DNA of 27,436 bases from Abditibacteriaceae bacterium (GCA_031425655.1 JANPJS010000189.1:1-27436); one strand, 5' to 3'. Counted from the first letter of the stretch, positions 17,777 to 27,016 are shown. Made by a program: numbers and translations. Notes: generated by a model from the sequence alone, not told the origin.

Positions 17777-19210
17777 TTATCGGCGTTCGACAGTCACCGG
17801 AAGGCCGCCTTGGGGCATGATGGTAATGGTGGCGCGGGGGCGAATTTCAAGATCGGCGTCAACGCACAGGCGATATTTTTGCGACAGCGTTGCCAAAATC
17901 AGCGGCCCCTGAAGCAGTGCCAAACCGGCGCCCATGCAGAATCGAGCGCCGCCGCCAAAGGGATAATACGCATATTTCGGGCGCTCCGTTTTATTGGCGC
18001 TTAAAAAGCGTTCGGGCTGGAATCTATCGGGTTCGGGCCACCAGCGAGGGTCGCGGTGCGTGATCCACGGCACGCAAACGATGTTGCTGCCGGCGGGAAT
18101 GCGATGCCCGCGAATCGCGTCTTCTGCGGACGCAGTGCGCGCCACGGTCGGAATCGGCGGGAAAAGGCGCAGCGATTCGTCGTAAATCGCGCGCAAATAA
18201 GGCAAGCGCGGCAAATCGGCGGCTTCGGGCACGCGTCCGCCCAAAACGGTTTGCAATTCGTCGCGCAAACGCGCTTCGACTTCGGGATGCCGCGCGATGA
18301 GAAACATCGCCCAGACTACGGAAGAGGTTGTAGTGTCTTGCCCGGCGCGGACAGCAGCGTGCATTTCGCCGGCGATTTCCAAATCCGTCCAGCCGATGCC
18401 CTCGGCATCGCGGGCACTCATCAAAACATCGAGCAAGTCGTTTTCAGATTCGCCCTCGGCCATTTTCTCGCGGCGGCGCTGCACGATTTCCATCATCGAA
18501 CGCTCGATTTGCGCTCTGGCGCGCCCAAAACGACGGCGGCGCGGCGTCGGAATGTGCTTCAACAGGTGCGAATTCTCGTAAAACCACACGATATTCATGT
18601 CGCGCGAGGCGATGTCGTGGCCCTTGTCGAGATGCGTCAACGCTTCGCGGAAATCGGTGCCGAGCAGCATTCGGCCCGCCACGCGCAGCGTCAATTCCTT
18701 GATTTCCGGCACGACGTCGAAGGTGGCGTTGCCATTATTCATGCGCTGTTCCCAGCGCGCAGCAGTGACTTCGGTTTCCTCGATAACGCGATCCGCCATC
18801 GCGTTCAAGCGCGAACGGCTAAACGAAGGCGCTTCCAATTTGCGGCGGCGCTGCCAATCTTCGCCTTCGGCGGATAAGATGCACGGGCCAAAAAGCGTGA
18901 TGTAGCGGGTGCGAAGCAGGCCGGCGTTGGGGTAATTGGCGGCGTTGCGGTCGAGAACGTGCGCAATGTCGTCGGGATGCGCCAAAATGTGCAAATCGTA
19001 AGGCGCGCCGAGTTTTCCCAGCCCGATTAATTGCAGCCGCGACACGTCGCCATGCGAGCGGCTGGTCTTGGTAAAAGTCGAAAGCGCATCGCGCGTGAAT
19101 TCGGGAAAATGCCCCGCTAACCAGTGCCCGCGAGGGCCGGGCACGGCGGGCAGATGCGAAAAAGAAGTGCGTGAAGCAGAAGCGGAAACCATAAATTGCA
19201 GCGCGCCCAT
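17777..19210 (-). CDS. Cytochrome P450
   Basis: I-helix AGQDTT, K-helix ESLR, FQPERF and heme motif PFGGGARFCMG. The start could be ATG 19210 or 19192. Confidence 0.96.
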   Translation of the reverse strand: MGALQFMVSASASRTSFSHLPAVPGPRGHWLAGHFPEFTRDALSTFTKTSRSHGDVSRLQLIGLGKLGAPYDLHILAHPDDIAHVLDRNAANYPNAGLLRTRYITLFGPCILSAEGEDWQRRRKLEAPSFSRSRLNAMADRVIEETEVTAARWEQRMNNGNATFDVVPEIKELTLRVAGRMLLGTDFREALTHLDKGHDIASRDMNIVWFYENSHLLKHIPTPRRRRFGRARAQIERSMMEIVQRRREKMAEGESENDLLDVLMSARDAEGIGWTDLEIAGEMHAAVRAGQDTTTSSVVWAMFLIARHPEVEARLRDELQTVLGGRVPEAADLPRLPYLRAIYDESLRLFPPIPTVARTASAEDAIRGHRIPAGSNIVCVPWITHRDPRWWPEPDRFQPERFLSANKTERPKYAYYPFGGGARFCMGAGLALLQGPLILATLSQKYRLCVDADLEIRPRATITIMPQGGLPVTVERR

Positions 19211-19229
19211 AAGCCCGCGCGCCGAAGGA

Positions 19230-19235
19230 ATTATA
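19230..19235 (-). promoter_or_regulatory. Candidate -10 box for the P450 operon
   Basis: Perfect TATAAT on the minus strand about 20 nt upstream of ATG 19210 in GC-rich DNA. There is no consensus -35. Confidence 0.35.
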
Positions 19236-19297
19236 GTCTATCCCTGCACTTTCCACACCCATTCTTACTCTTGCTATGGCCTGTAGTTGTCATTTCT

Positions 19298-19509
19298 TAA
19301 CCCAAGTTGCTACCCATCACATCCGAAGTAATGGAGCCGCATTCAGCCCCATCCAACTTCCCCCGGAGGGGGAAGAGCCGGGTTTCTCAAGGAGTTTTGC
19401 CCGTGAAAAGCGTAGCTCTTCCCCCTCCGGGCGGGCGCCCTTTGGGCAGGGTTGGATGGGGGCATGAGCGACGGAGTCGCTCTTCAAACAGTAGGTAGCA
19501 ACATGAGTT
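19298..19509. mobile_element. MITE-like element with an internal REP-like palindrome
   Basis: Ends aacccaagttgctacc (19299-19314) and ggtagcaacatgagtt (19494-19509) are 14/16 inverted. Internal perfect inverted repeats: 19362-19378/19415-19431 and 19347-19357/19451-19461. Confidence 0.7.
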
Positions 19510-19517
19510 TTTGAGAC

Positions 19518-19556
19518 AAAAACAGCGGCGAGTTCACGATGAACCTGCCGCTGTTT
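19518..19556 (-). terminator. Intrinsic terminator of the Calx-beta gene
   Basis: The minus strand reads cagcggcaggttca-tcg-tgaactcgccgctg followed by TTTTT, about 20 nt after the stop at 19577. Confidence 0.7.
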
Positions 19557-19576
19557 CGATTTACGATTCGCAACGC

Positions 19577-21157
19577 TTAGTCGTCGTTGAGAATAATGCC
19601 GACGGCTTGACTGTCGTCGAAGATGGCGTATTTCAGGTTGGACAAAGTGACTTTGTAGGTTTCATTCGGCTCGACTAACGTGTCGCCTTTGACCAAGATT
19701 GTGATCAGCTTGCTGGTTTGGCCGGGCGCGAAGCTTAGTGCGCCCGTCGCCGCTGTGTAGTCTGCGGTAGTTGCCGTGCCATCGGAGGTGGCCCAACTCG
19801 CGGTTACCGTGTTGGTGGAAGCCGCGCTCAATCGCACAATGAACTTCTGCGCGACAGTGCCGCTATTTCCCTCATTGATGTTGGCAGCATTCTCGATTGA
19901 GATGCTCGGCCCGTCATCGTTAAGGAGGGTGCCAATGCCCTGACCGTCAGCGATAGTCGCGTTGGTTGGAGTATTCAACTTGAAGAGCATCGTTTCGTTA
20001 AGCTCCGCCACGCTGTCGCCGATGAAAAGAATCGTCACTTTTTTGACGATTTCCCCCGGCGCAAAAGTCACTTTGCCGCTTTTAGCCGTATAGTCACCGC
20101 CGGCCTTCGCGGTGCCGTCGGCAGTCTGGAAATTCACGGTTATGGTGCTGGCGCTTGCCGCCGAGAGTTTCATGGTGAACGTCGTGGAACTGGGCGTTGC
20201 GGCGCTGCCTTCCGCGTTGGGCCGGTCATTCACAGAAATCGTCGGCCCGGCGACGGGCGCTTTCAGCACGATGTCTTTGCCGCCGGTGCCTCCGACGTAG
20301 CTGATTTTCATGGCAATGCCGTTCACGCTCACCGTCGCGCCTTCGGGCAGCGAAGCGCCGCTGGTATTAGTGAAAAAGCCGGTGCGCGAAGTGCCGCCAA
20401 ACTTCACGAGTGTGAATTGCTGGCCCGACGTTGGAGTAAAACCTGACGGAAAGTCCACAACCAATTCGGTGTTGTTTAAGGCAAGATTTCCCTCAATGAT
20501 ATTCAAGTAACGCACCGGGCTGGCGCCGATCATCACGCGGAAAGTGCTGTTGTTTAAGGAAATTCCTTCTTCGAGCACGCTGCCATTTTCTTCTCTGGAA
20601 GCATCGAGAGATAATATCCCCAGCGGGTTCAGAGTCGCCGATTCGAGATGAATGGCCTCAGCATTAGCCGGGCCGGCGGCCTTAAATGTCCCGAAGCCTT
20701 TGAAAATGCCGCCGAGTGCCGCGTCGCCCGCCTCAGGCCCAACTATCGCAAGGTTAATCGGCTCCATGTGGCCGCCCTGCATATCGAGAATGGCCGTTTT
20801 CTCAATGAAAACTCCGGCCTCGTTCTGCGTGTTGGTGCAGGTGTCAACGTTATTGGGAAAAACACGGCCCGTCGAGGCAATGCGCAAGGTTTGGGTTTGC
20901 GTGACGGCGCCATTCGGCGATCCCAAGAACATATTGCCGATACCATCGCCGCCGATTTGATCCACGGTTGTGCTGATGACACGCACAATCGTCGGCGTGC
21001 TGGTGCCGTCAGGCCCGACGATAAAATCAGGGTTGCTGCCGCACTGCGCTTGAGCGATGCCGGTCGCCGCTACGAATTGCGCGACGGCGAGCAGAAAACA
21101 CCGCGCGCTACTCGTCCGCATTTTGGACGCGAGACCTGAATAAATCAAATTTTGCAT
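19577..21157 (-). CDS. Secreted protein with two C-terminal Calx-beta domains
   Basis: Signal peptide ending GIAQA and a beta-rich N-terminal region ending ISYVGGTGGKDIVL. Two Calx-beta repeats (TADGTAKAGGDY...VTFAPGE...LNDD; TSDGTATTADY...LSFAPGQ...ILNDD). Alternative ATG at 21121. Confidence 0.85.
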   Translation of the reverse strand: MQNLIYSGLASKMRTSSARCFLLAVAQFVAATGIAQAQCGSNPDFIVGPDGTSTPTIVRVISTTVDQIGGDGIGNMFLGSPNGAVTQTQTLRIASTGRVFPNNVDTCTNTQNEAGVFIEKTAILDMQGGHMEPINLAIVGPEAGDAALGGIFKGFGTFKAAGPANAEAIHLESATLNPLGILSLDASREENGSVLEEGISLNNSTFRVMIGASPVRYLNIIEGNLALNNTELVVDFPSGFTPTSGQQFTLVKFGGTSRTGFFTNTSGASLPEGATVSVNGIAMKISYVGGTGGKDIVLKAPVAGPTISVNDRPNAEGSAATPSSTTFTMKLSAASASTITVNFQTADGTAKAGGDYTAKSGKVTFAPGEIVKKVTILFIGDSVAELNETMLFKLNTPTNATIADGQGIGTLLNDDGPSISIENAANINEGNSGTVAQKFIVRLSAASTNTVTASWATSDGTATTADYTAATGALSFAPGQTSKLITILVKGDTLVEPNETYKVTLSNLKYAIFDDSQAVGIILNDD

Positions 21158-21242
21158 AAGAACCTCGCCGGAGCGATTGCAGCATTATCGCCAGAATTAA
21201 ACATTTCTCTTCTCCAACAGGCTGCACCTGAGAGTTTAATGC

Positions 21243-21270
21243 TTTGTAAAAAAGGCTCCAACTCTGTCAA
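21243..21270 (-). promoter_or_regulatory. Candidate sigma70 promoter for the Calx-beta gene
   Basis: Minus strand TTGACA-N16-TACAAA in the intergenic gap. Confidence 0.45.
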
Positions 21271-21286
21271 TTACGCCGCAGGATTC

Positions 21287-24200
21287 TTAAAATCTGGCGT
21301 TGAAACCGGCGACAATGCGGCGATCTCCAATCGGAACGTCGTTGAACACAATTTGCCGGGTGTTAAACAGGTTCGAGACCTTCAAAAACACTTCTGTCCT
21401 GACCGAAGGTTCCTTCGCCAGAGTCAAATCTACGTAAGTTTTGGCTGGAAAAGGGATGCGTGGGCCGACGATTCCCGTGCCTGTGTCTTGAAAAAACGAG
21501 CCGGAACGATTGATTTGCAAACTGGCTTTGGTGCCTGACGAATCAACGTAGTTCAAGCCAAACCCCGCCTGATATTTCGGATGATAAGGCAAACGCTGAT
21601 CGCTGCCGGCAACGCCGGCAATAGTTCCGGTGGTTTTGTTGACGGCGAAAAGCACTTGCCCGAATAAGTTTCGCGTGAGCTTTTGCTCGAAGCGAACGCC
21701 CGCGCCCGACCGCTTGACGTTGCTCATTAGCAAATTGCTAAGCGCGTTATTGCTGGAACTGGGGTTACTAAATGTGCCCAGACCGTAGCCGAGCGAATCG
21801 GCTGTGCTGCGGAACAAAAACGCCTTGAGAAACGAACCCGAAGCAAGATAACGCTCGGCATCGAGTTCAATGGTTCGCAGGTTGCGCGGCACTCCCAGCA
21901 GCAAAGTTTGCTCTTCCGAGGAAGTCGCGCTGTCCACAGGCGCGAAAATGCTGGAAACCACATCGGTCGAGCGTTTGGCGGTGATTAAACGCAGTTGAGT
22001 TTTTGGGTTCAACTGATAATTGGCCACCAGACTCGGTAGAAAACCCGATTCTTTGCTGCGTTCGGGATCAATAGTGAAAATCGGCAAATTCGGCGAAAGT
22101 GACGTGAAAATCGAGTCTATGCTGACTTTTTGCGATTGATAGCGCAGTTGCCCCGTGAGCGAAAGACGCTGGCCCAAGCGCTGCGCCAACTGCAAATACA
22201 CGAGGTTGGTATCTACGGCGGCGGGCTGCTCCAAAATTCCCAAATCTTCGCGCGGGCCGAAAGAGCTGCTGAAAAGCCGGGTGGTGTTTTGCCGCGTTCT
22301 CAAATGCGCAACGCCTAAAGAAAACAAACCGGGCGAAGCGGCCTGAATATTCGAGGGGAAATCCAGACGAACCTCGCTCGAAGTCGCTTTCGCGCGCTGC
22401 AAGCTTTGTGGGACATTGATCGTATTATCCACCGGCGTGGCGCGAAAAGACGAATCGCGGCCCGGATTCGTGCGCTCATCGCGCTGGGCGACGCCTAAAA
22501 TGCCAGCCCACAAGTGCGCTTGTCTTCCGATGCGCCGCCGCGCGCCGATAATGCCCTGATTAAGACGAAATTTGTCGCGGTCATCGAGAACAGGCTTGGT
22601 TTCGAAGCCCGGCAGCCCGGCTTTGACTTCGTTATGAATCAGATTCAAATAGATATTGGTCGCGGGATTGAGGCTGTAAGTCAATTCCTGATAGGCATCC
22701 AGCACCGATTCATCGTCGTTTGCGCGGTTTCCCTCATCTTTACCACGCTGCGCCTGCCCTAAAAAATGCAGCTTGCCGTCCGCAGCGCGGTCACGATGCA
22801 AAAGCGCGCCGTCCCAGCTTTTGGCACCGCCGGAGGCGCGGATTTCGCTGTCAATGCCGCCGCGCAGCAATTGGTCGGAAATCGCCGGATCGAGCAAAAA
22901 CGCCTGCCGAAAGCCTACGCCGCGCGTTCGAGCCGTCAGGCGCGCATCGCCTTCGACCAACTTCAGCGAAAACTGCGCGAGCGCAAAGGCATTTTGCGGG
23001 TCAAGCGCCAATGCGGTTCTCAGTTCGCGCTGTGATTGCGCTTCCAAGCGGCTGAAGCTGTAAATCTGGCCCAAAATCGCGTGATATTGAGCAATTTGCG
23101 GCGCCAGTTGCACCGCTTTTTGCCCTGCCGTGATAGCCAGATCAAGCCGGTTCGCATCCATGGCGACTTTGGCTAATCCGGCATAAGCTAAGGCGCTGGG
23201 AGCTTGCTCGACGGCCTTTTGGAACGTCGCAATCGCCTGCGAATAATCGGCCTGCTGATAATAAACTTCGCCCAACGCGGTTAGCACGTCTTTGTTATTC
23301 GGTTGGCGTGCTTGCACTTCGGTCAGCACCGCGACAGCTTCGGTTTTGCGTCCCATGCGCGTATAAACACGGGCTAAAGCCGCCGCCGCGGGCAGAAAAT
23401 CCGGCGTAAGACGCAAACTTTCACCCAAATCGCGCACGGCATGACGATAATCGCGGCGTCCGGCGGCGGCGATGCCCAGCAAATAGTGCGCGGGCGCCAA
23501 TTGCGGGTCGAGCGCGACGGCTTGAGCCGCCATGCGCGCGGCTCCATCTACATCGCCGCCAGCCAATAACGCTTGTCCCAGAGCGACACGCGCCGCCGGC
23601 GAATTCGGATTTAACTGCGTGGCCAATCGCGCTTCTCGCTCCGATTCGCGCGCTTTTCCACTGTAAAAATAAGCCAGCGCCAGATTTCCGTGCGCCAGCG
23701 CTGAAAGCGGCGCTAAGCGCGTGGCGGCTTGCCCCTCGCGCAGAGCCGTGGCCTGATCCGACTGCGCTAAAGCCAAAAGCGCCAGCCAGGCGTGTGCCTG
23801 ATAACGATAAACGGTCGGTTCGCCTTGCAAAGCCGCGTCGAAAGCGGCTTTGGCTTCGCTCTGCTTGGTCGGTTGCCGCATCAAGGCCAAACCCAATGCG
23901 ATATTGGCCTCGGCGCTTTTGGCATCGGCGGCGACGGCGCGTTGGGCCGCGTCCTGCGCTTGCTGCGGGCGATTTAAGGCCAATTGCAACTGCGCTAATC
24001 CAGTCAGTGCCAAGACGCTATTTGGTTCTATCATTAGCGCGGCAGTAAAGGCATCCCGCGCTTCGTCGAAGTCTTTAAGCTCTAAATCGGCATAGCCAAC
24101 GCGCGCCATAAGTGAGGACGTTACTTCAGCCCGGCGCGGCCATGCGTCGTGCGCTTCTTGGAACTTTCCGGCATCGAAAAGCGCGTCGCCAAAGCGAAGT

Positions 24201-24931
24201 TGCGCTTCGGCATTATTGGGCTGTGCGGCAGCTTGCGCGGCCAAACGCGCGACTTCAGCATCCAAAGTTTGGCGGCTGCGGAATCCGGCTTCTCCGAAAA
24301 ACTTCTCGCGCGGAATCACGGCTTGATCGAGATCGAGCGTCCATTCGACGATTAAACCGGCGTTGGGAATAGTAATCGGCGTGGTCGGCGCGGCGTCGAG
24401 GCGCGCGGTGCTTTGCTGCGATGTCGTCACGGTCGTTTCGCCAAAACGGTTGTAGAAATCCACTTCGCCATCTACCACGGTTAAAGTCGTGGCGCCGTCT
24501 TCGGCGATGCTTAAATTGATGAGCGTTCCCGACACGCCCAAAGTAGCGCTCGGCGTTTGCACGGCGTTTCCCGGACGCAATCGCGCCCAAATCTGGCCGC
24601 TGAGAGCGCGCACGAAGCTTTGACGGCCTTTTCCCGCGTTGGTCGGCGCCGTGATTTCAACCGCTGAATTGGCGTTGAGGCCGAACTGTGAGCCATCGCT
24701 GAGCAGCAATTTGGCTTTGCCGTTCGCGCCGGTGCCGACGATGTCGCCGACATATAATTGGCCTTTTGCGGGCAGCGGCACAAACTTGGTCGTGCCCTTG
24801 CGCTTGACAAGCAGTTGCCCGCGTGAAGTCAGAACGCCCGCCGCCGATTGCGGAGCGGCCATCGCAACATGAAACAGCATCGCTGTGACGACGATTGTGA
24901 GAAGAGCAAGATAACGCAGTTTGCTTCGCAT
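21287..24931 (-). CDS. FecR domain + TPR repeats + TonB-receptor-like outer-membrane beta-barrel protein
   Basis: Signal peptide, FecR motifs (LYVGDIVGTG, LSDGS, VQTPSATLGVSGT, VVDGEV), many TPR repeats, and C-terminal barrel strands ending KVSNLFN...AGFNARF. Confidence 0.85.
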   Translation of the reverse strand: MRSKLRYLALLTIVVTAMLFHVAMAAPQSAAGVLTSRGQLLVKRKGTTKFVPLPAKGQLYVGDIVGTGANGKAKLLLSDGSQFGLNANSAVEITAPTNAGKGRQSFVRALSGQIWARLRPGNAVQTPSATLGVSGTLINLSIAEDGATTLTVVDGEVDFYNRFGETTVTTSQQSTARLDAAPTTPITIPNAGLIVEWTLDLDQAVIPREKFFGEAGFRSRQTLDAEVARLAAQAAAQPNNAEAQLRFGDALFDAGKFQEAHDAWPRRAEVTSSLMARVGYADLELKDFDEARDAFTAALMIEPNSVLALTGLAQLQLALNRPQQAQDAAQRAVAADAKSAEANIALGLALMRQPTKQSEAKAAFDAALQGEPTVYRYQAHAWLALLALAQSDQATALREGQAATRLAPLSALAHGNLALAYFYSGKARESEREARLATQLNPNSPAARVALGQALLAGGDVDGAARMAAQAVALDPQLAPAHYLLGIAAAGRRDYRHAVRDLGESLRLTPDFLPAAAALARVYTRMGRKTEAVAVLTEVQARQPNNKDVLTALGEVYYQQADYSQAIATFQKAVEQAPSALAYAGLAKVAMDANRLDLAITAGQKAVQLAPQIAQYHAILGQIYSFSRLEAQSQRELRTALALDPQNAFALAQFSLKLVEGDARLTARTRGVGFRQAFLLDPAISDQLLRGGIDSEIRASGGAKSWDGALLHRDRAADGKLHFLGQAQRGKDEGNRANDDESVLDAYQELTYSLNPATNIYLNLIHNEVKAGLPGFETKPVLDDRDKFRLNQGIIGARRRIGRQAHLWAGILGVAQRDERTNPGRDSSFRATPVDNTINVPQSLQRAKATSSEVRLDFPSNIQAASPGLFSLGVAHLRTRQNTTRLFSSSFGPREDLGILEQPAAVDTNLVYLQLAQRLGQRLSLTGQLRYQSQKVSIDSIFTSLSPNLPIFTIDPERSKESGFLPSLVANYQLNPKTQLRLITAKRSTDVVSSIFAPVDSATSSEEQTLLLGVPRNLRTIELDAERYLASGSFLKAFLFRSTADSLGYGLGTFSNPSSSNNALSNLLMSNVKRSGAGVRFEQKLTRNLFGQVLFAVNKTTGTIAGVAGSDQRLPYHPKYQAGFGLNYVDSSGTKASLQINRSGSFFQDTGTGIVGPRIPFPAKTYVDLTLAKEPSVRTEVFLKVSNLFNTRQIVFNDVPIGDRRIVAGFNARF

Positions 24932-24949
24932 GATAATTCCTTTTAAAGC

Positions 24950-25039
24950 CTTATGTTACGCGGTTGAAGTCTGATAAGTGCCCTGCGATTGAAATCGCGG
25001 CTCCGGGCGCTATGCGCCGACCGTGCGCCTTCGCGCACG
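24950..25039. repeat. Second (half) copy of the REP/MITE-like element at 1-177
   Basis: 24978-25003 gtgccctgcgattgaaatcgcggctc is the exact reverse complement of 109-134. It is followed by the hairpin cgtgcgc-cttc-gcgcacg and preceded by the terminal motif cttatgttacgcggttg. Confidence 0.82.
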
Positions 25040-25055
25040 AGATTTCAAGTTCTTT

Positions 25056-25101
25056 TCTCCGTGTCTCCGTGTCTCGTGTCTCCGTGTCTCGTCACTCCGT
25101 C
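25056..25101. repeat. Short tandem repeat of a 7-8 bp unit (tctccgtg)
   Basis: tctccgtg tctccgtg tctcgtg tctccgtg tctcgtc actccgtc. Confidence 0.8.
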
Positions 25102-25108
25102 GCTGGGC

Positions 25109-27016
25109 TTATACCGCGCCGGCTTCCTGCCAGCCGAAGATTTCATAGACCACGACTTCTTCTTCCTTGCCTTTAACGTGCGTTGTCAGCGGGCCACGGG
25201 CGCGAACTTTGTCGCGCACGATTTCATAGGTGGTCGCCGTCACGAGAATGCGGGTGCGCATTTCTTTGTTCAGGCCCTCGACGCGCGAAGCCAAGTTGAC
25301 GGAATCGCCGAGAACGGAAAAATCAAAACGCTCATTCGCGCCCGTATTGCCGAATATCATATCACCCGTATTGATGCCGATGCCGATGTCAATCAGCGGC
25401 AAGCCTTCCTCGCGCCAGCGACTTTGCAGAATCAAGAGCGCGTCCTGCATTCCGATAGCCGCCGCGACGGCTTGATGCGCGTGGTCGGGATGAAAAAACG
25501 GCACGCCGAATAAGGCCATCACCGCATCGCCGATATATTTATCTACGGCGCCGTCGTGCTGGAAAACCACGTTCGTCATTTCCTGCAAATACTCGTTGAG
25601 CCGCGCCAGCACTTCTTCGGGCGTCATGTTTTCGGACATCGCCGTGAAACCGCGAATGTCCGAAAACAAAACCGTGGCCGTCACGCGCGTGCCGCCGAGC
25701 GCGCATTTATCGGGGTTGGCCAGAATATAATTGGCGATTTGCGGGCTGACATAACGCTGCAACAACGCGCTGGAGCGTTGCCGGGCGCGTTCGACAGTTA
25801 AATTTCGCTCGGTAATCACGGCAATCGTGGCGAACAAAATGGCCGCACAGGGCGCGACCATGCGCAGCACCTGGCTATGCTCCACGAACATCCAGATATT
25901 GAAAACGCAATAAGCGCCGAGCAAAATCGCCGAGGCCAAAACCGCCCACGTCGAGCGACAACTTGCGGCGACGATGCAAACCAGCAAGGTCAGCCCGCAC
26001 AAAACCGCGAAATCCGTGGCCGGCGAGACTGCGCGCGTGAAGCTGTTGCGCAAAATCGTGGCGATGGCGTGGGCGTGAACTTCCACGCCGGCCATTTCTT
26101 TTAAGGGCGTGAGAACGACATCGTGACCTAAAGTCGTGGTGTCGCCGATAAGCACGATTTTGTTACGCAGCGTGACTTTGGAATTGTTTTTTTGCTCTTG
26201 CTGCTTGTAATAATCCGAATCTACATAGCCATGATAAATAGATTCGTAAGGCAAAGGCTCGAAAATCTTGCCGGGTTCGGTGCCGAGATATTTAATGGAA
26301 AAGCAGCCGTCGTCATCAACGGGAATAGTCAGGTTTCCAACTTGCCAACCCTGAGTCGTGCGTTTCAGCGGCTCGTTTTCCAAACCCAGATACATTTGCG
26401 CGGCCACGACGCTCAGCGCCCGAATCGGCTGGCCGCGATACATGGTCACAGCGGGAATGCGGCTCACGCCCATTTGCTCTTCATCTTTGGGCGCGTTGAT
26501 GTGCCCAAAATGCGGGTTGGCTCGCAGCAGGGCCGGCACCGGCAAAAGCAACTGCGTGCCGGCGCCGCTTTCGCTGCCGTCGTTTTGAAAACGGCCCGCC
26601 CAAAGCACGCGGCCTGAATTTCGCGCGGCGGCTGCAAAGTCCTTGTCGGGCGGGCGCGGTGCGGCAAACAAAAAGTCGAAAGCGATGACTTTGGCGCCGG
26701 CGCGTGTCAGGTCTCGAATGACTTTCGCATGAAAAGAGCGCGGAACCGGCGGGCCGGAAACCGGCAGGCGCTCGTTGCTGGTGGCATCGAAGGAGTCGTC
26801 GGAAAGCGCCAGAATAACGATGTGTTCTCGTGCCCACTGCTCGAAAAACGCCTTCTGATTCCCGGAAACAGCGATACGGTAATCGGCGGCGTAGCGTTCC
26901 AAATACTTAAACAGCGCGCGGGAATCTAAAAAGTTGCAAACCGTCACGATGACCGCGTATAAAAGAAAAATACGCACCACGCGCTGTTGCCACGACGCAG
27001 GCCGCAGCAATTCCAA
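25109..27016 (-). CDS. CHASE2-domain class III adenylate cyclase
   Basis: TM - CHASE2 (GAKVIAFDFLF, NKIVLIG, AGVEVHAHAI) - three TM helices - cyclase (VLFSDIRGFT, VDKYIGDAVMA, GIGINTG, DFSVLGDSVNLASRVE). The Lys/Asp pair indicates ATP specificity. The start codon is uncertain. Confidence 0.93.
   Translation of the reverse strand: MELLRPASWQQRVVRIFLLYAVIVTVCNFLDSRALFKYLERYAADYRIAVSGNQKAFFEQWAREHIVILALSDDSFDATSNERLPVSGPPVPRSFHAKVIRDLTRAGAKVIAFDFLFAAPRPPDKDFAAAARNSGRVLWAGRFQNDGSESGAGTQLLLPVPALLRANPHFGHINAPKDEEQMGVSRIPAVTMYRGQPIRALSVVAAQMYLGLENEPLKRTTQGWQVGNLTIPVDDDGCFSIKYLGTEPGKIFEPLPYESIYHGYVDSDYYKQQEQKNNSKVTLRNKIVLIGDTTTLGHDVVLTPLKEMAGVEVHAHAIATILRNSFTRAVSPATDFAVLCGLTLLVCIVAASCRSTWAVLASAILLGAYCVFNIWMFVEHSQVLRMVAPCAAILFATIAVITERNLTVERARQRSSALLQRYVSPQIANYILANPDKCALGGTRVTATVLFSDIRGFTAMSENMTPEEVLARLNEYLQEMTNVVFQHDGAVDKYIGDAVMALFGVPFFHPDHAHQAVAAAIGMQDALLILQSRWREEGLPLIDIGIGINTGDMIFGNTGANERFDFSVLGDSVNLASRVEGLNKEMRTRILVTATTYEIVRDKVRARGPLTTHVKGKEEEVVVYEIFGWQEAGAV

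Noticed and set aside
18056..18877. 273-aa plus-strand ORF
   Set aside because: Antisense to the P450 and typical of GC-rich shadow ORFs.
19276..19498. Short ORFs 19276-19467 and 19307-19498
   Set aside because: They lie within the palindromic MITE-like element and have no coding signature.
21158..21286. CRP/cAMP-receptor binding site upstream of the Calx-beta gene
   Set aside because: No convincing TGTGA-N6-TCACA or similar palindrome was found by eye.
24989..25513. 174-aa plus-strand ORF with SPCLVSPCLV repeat
   Set aside because: It begins in the REP element and tandem repeat and runs antisense to the cyclase.
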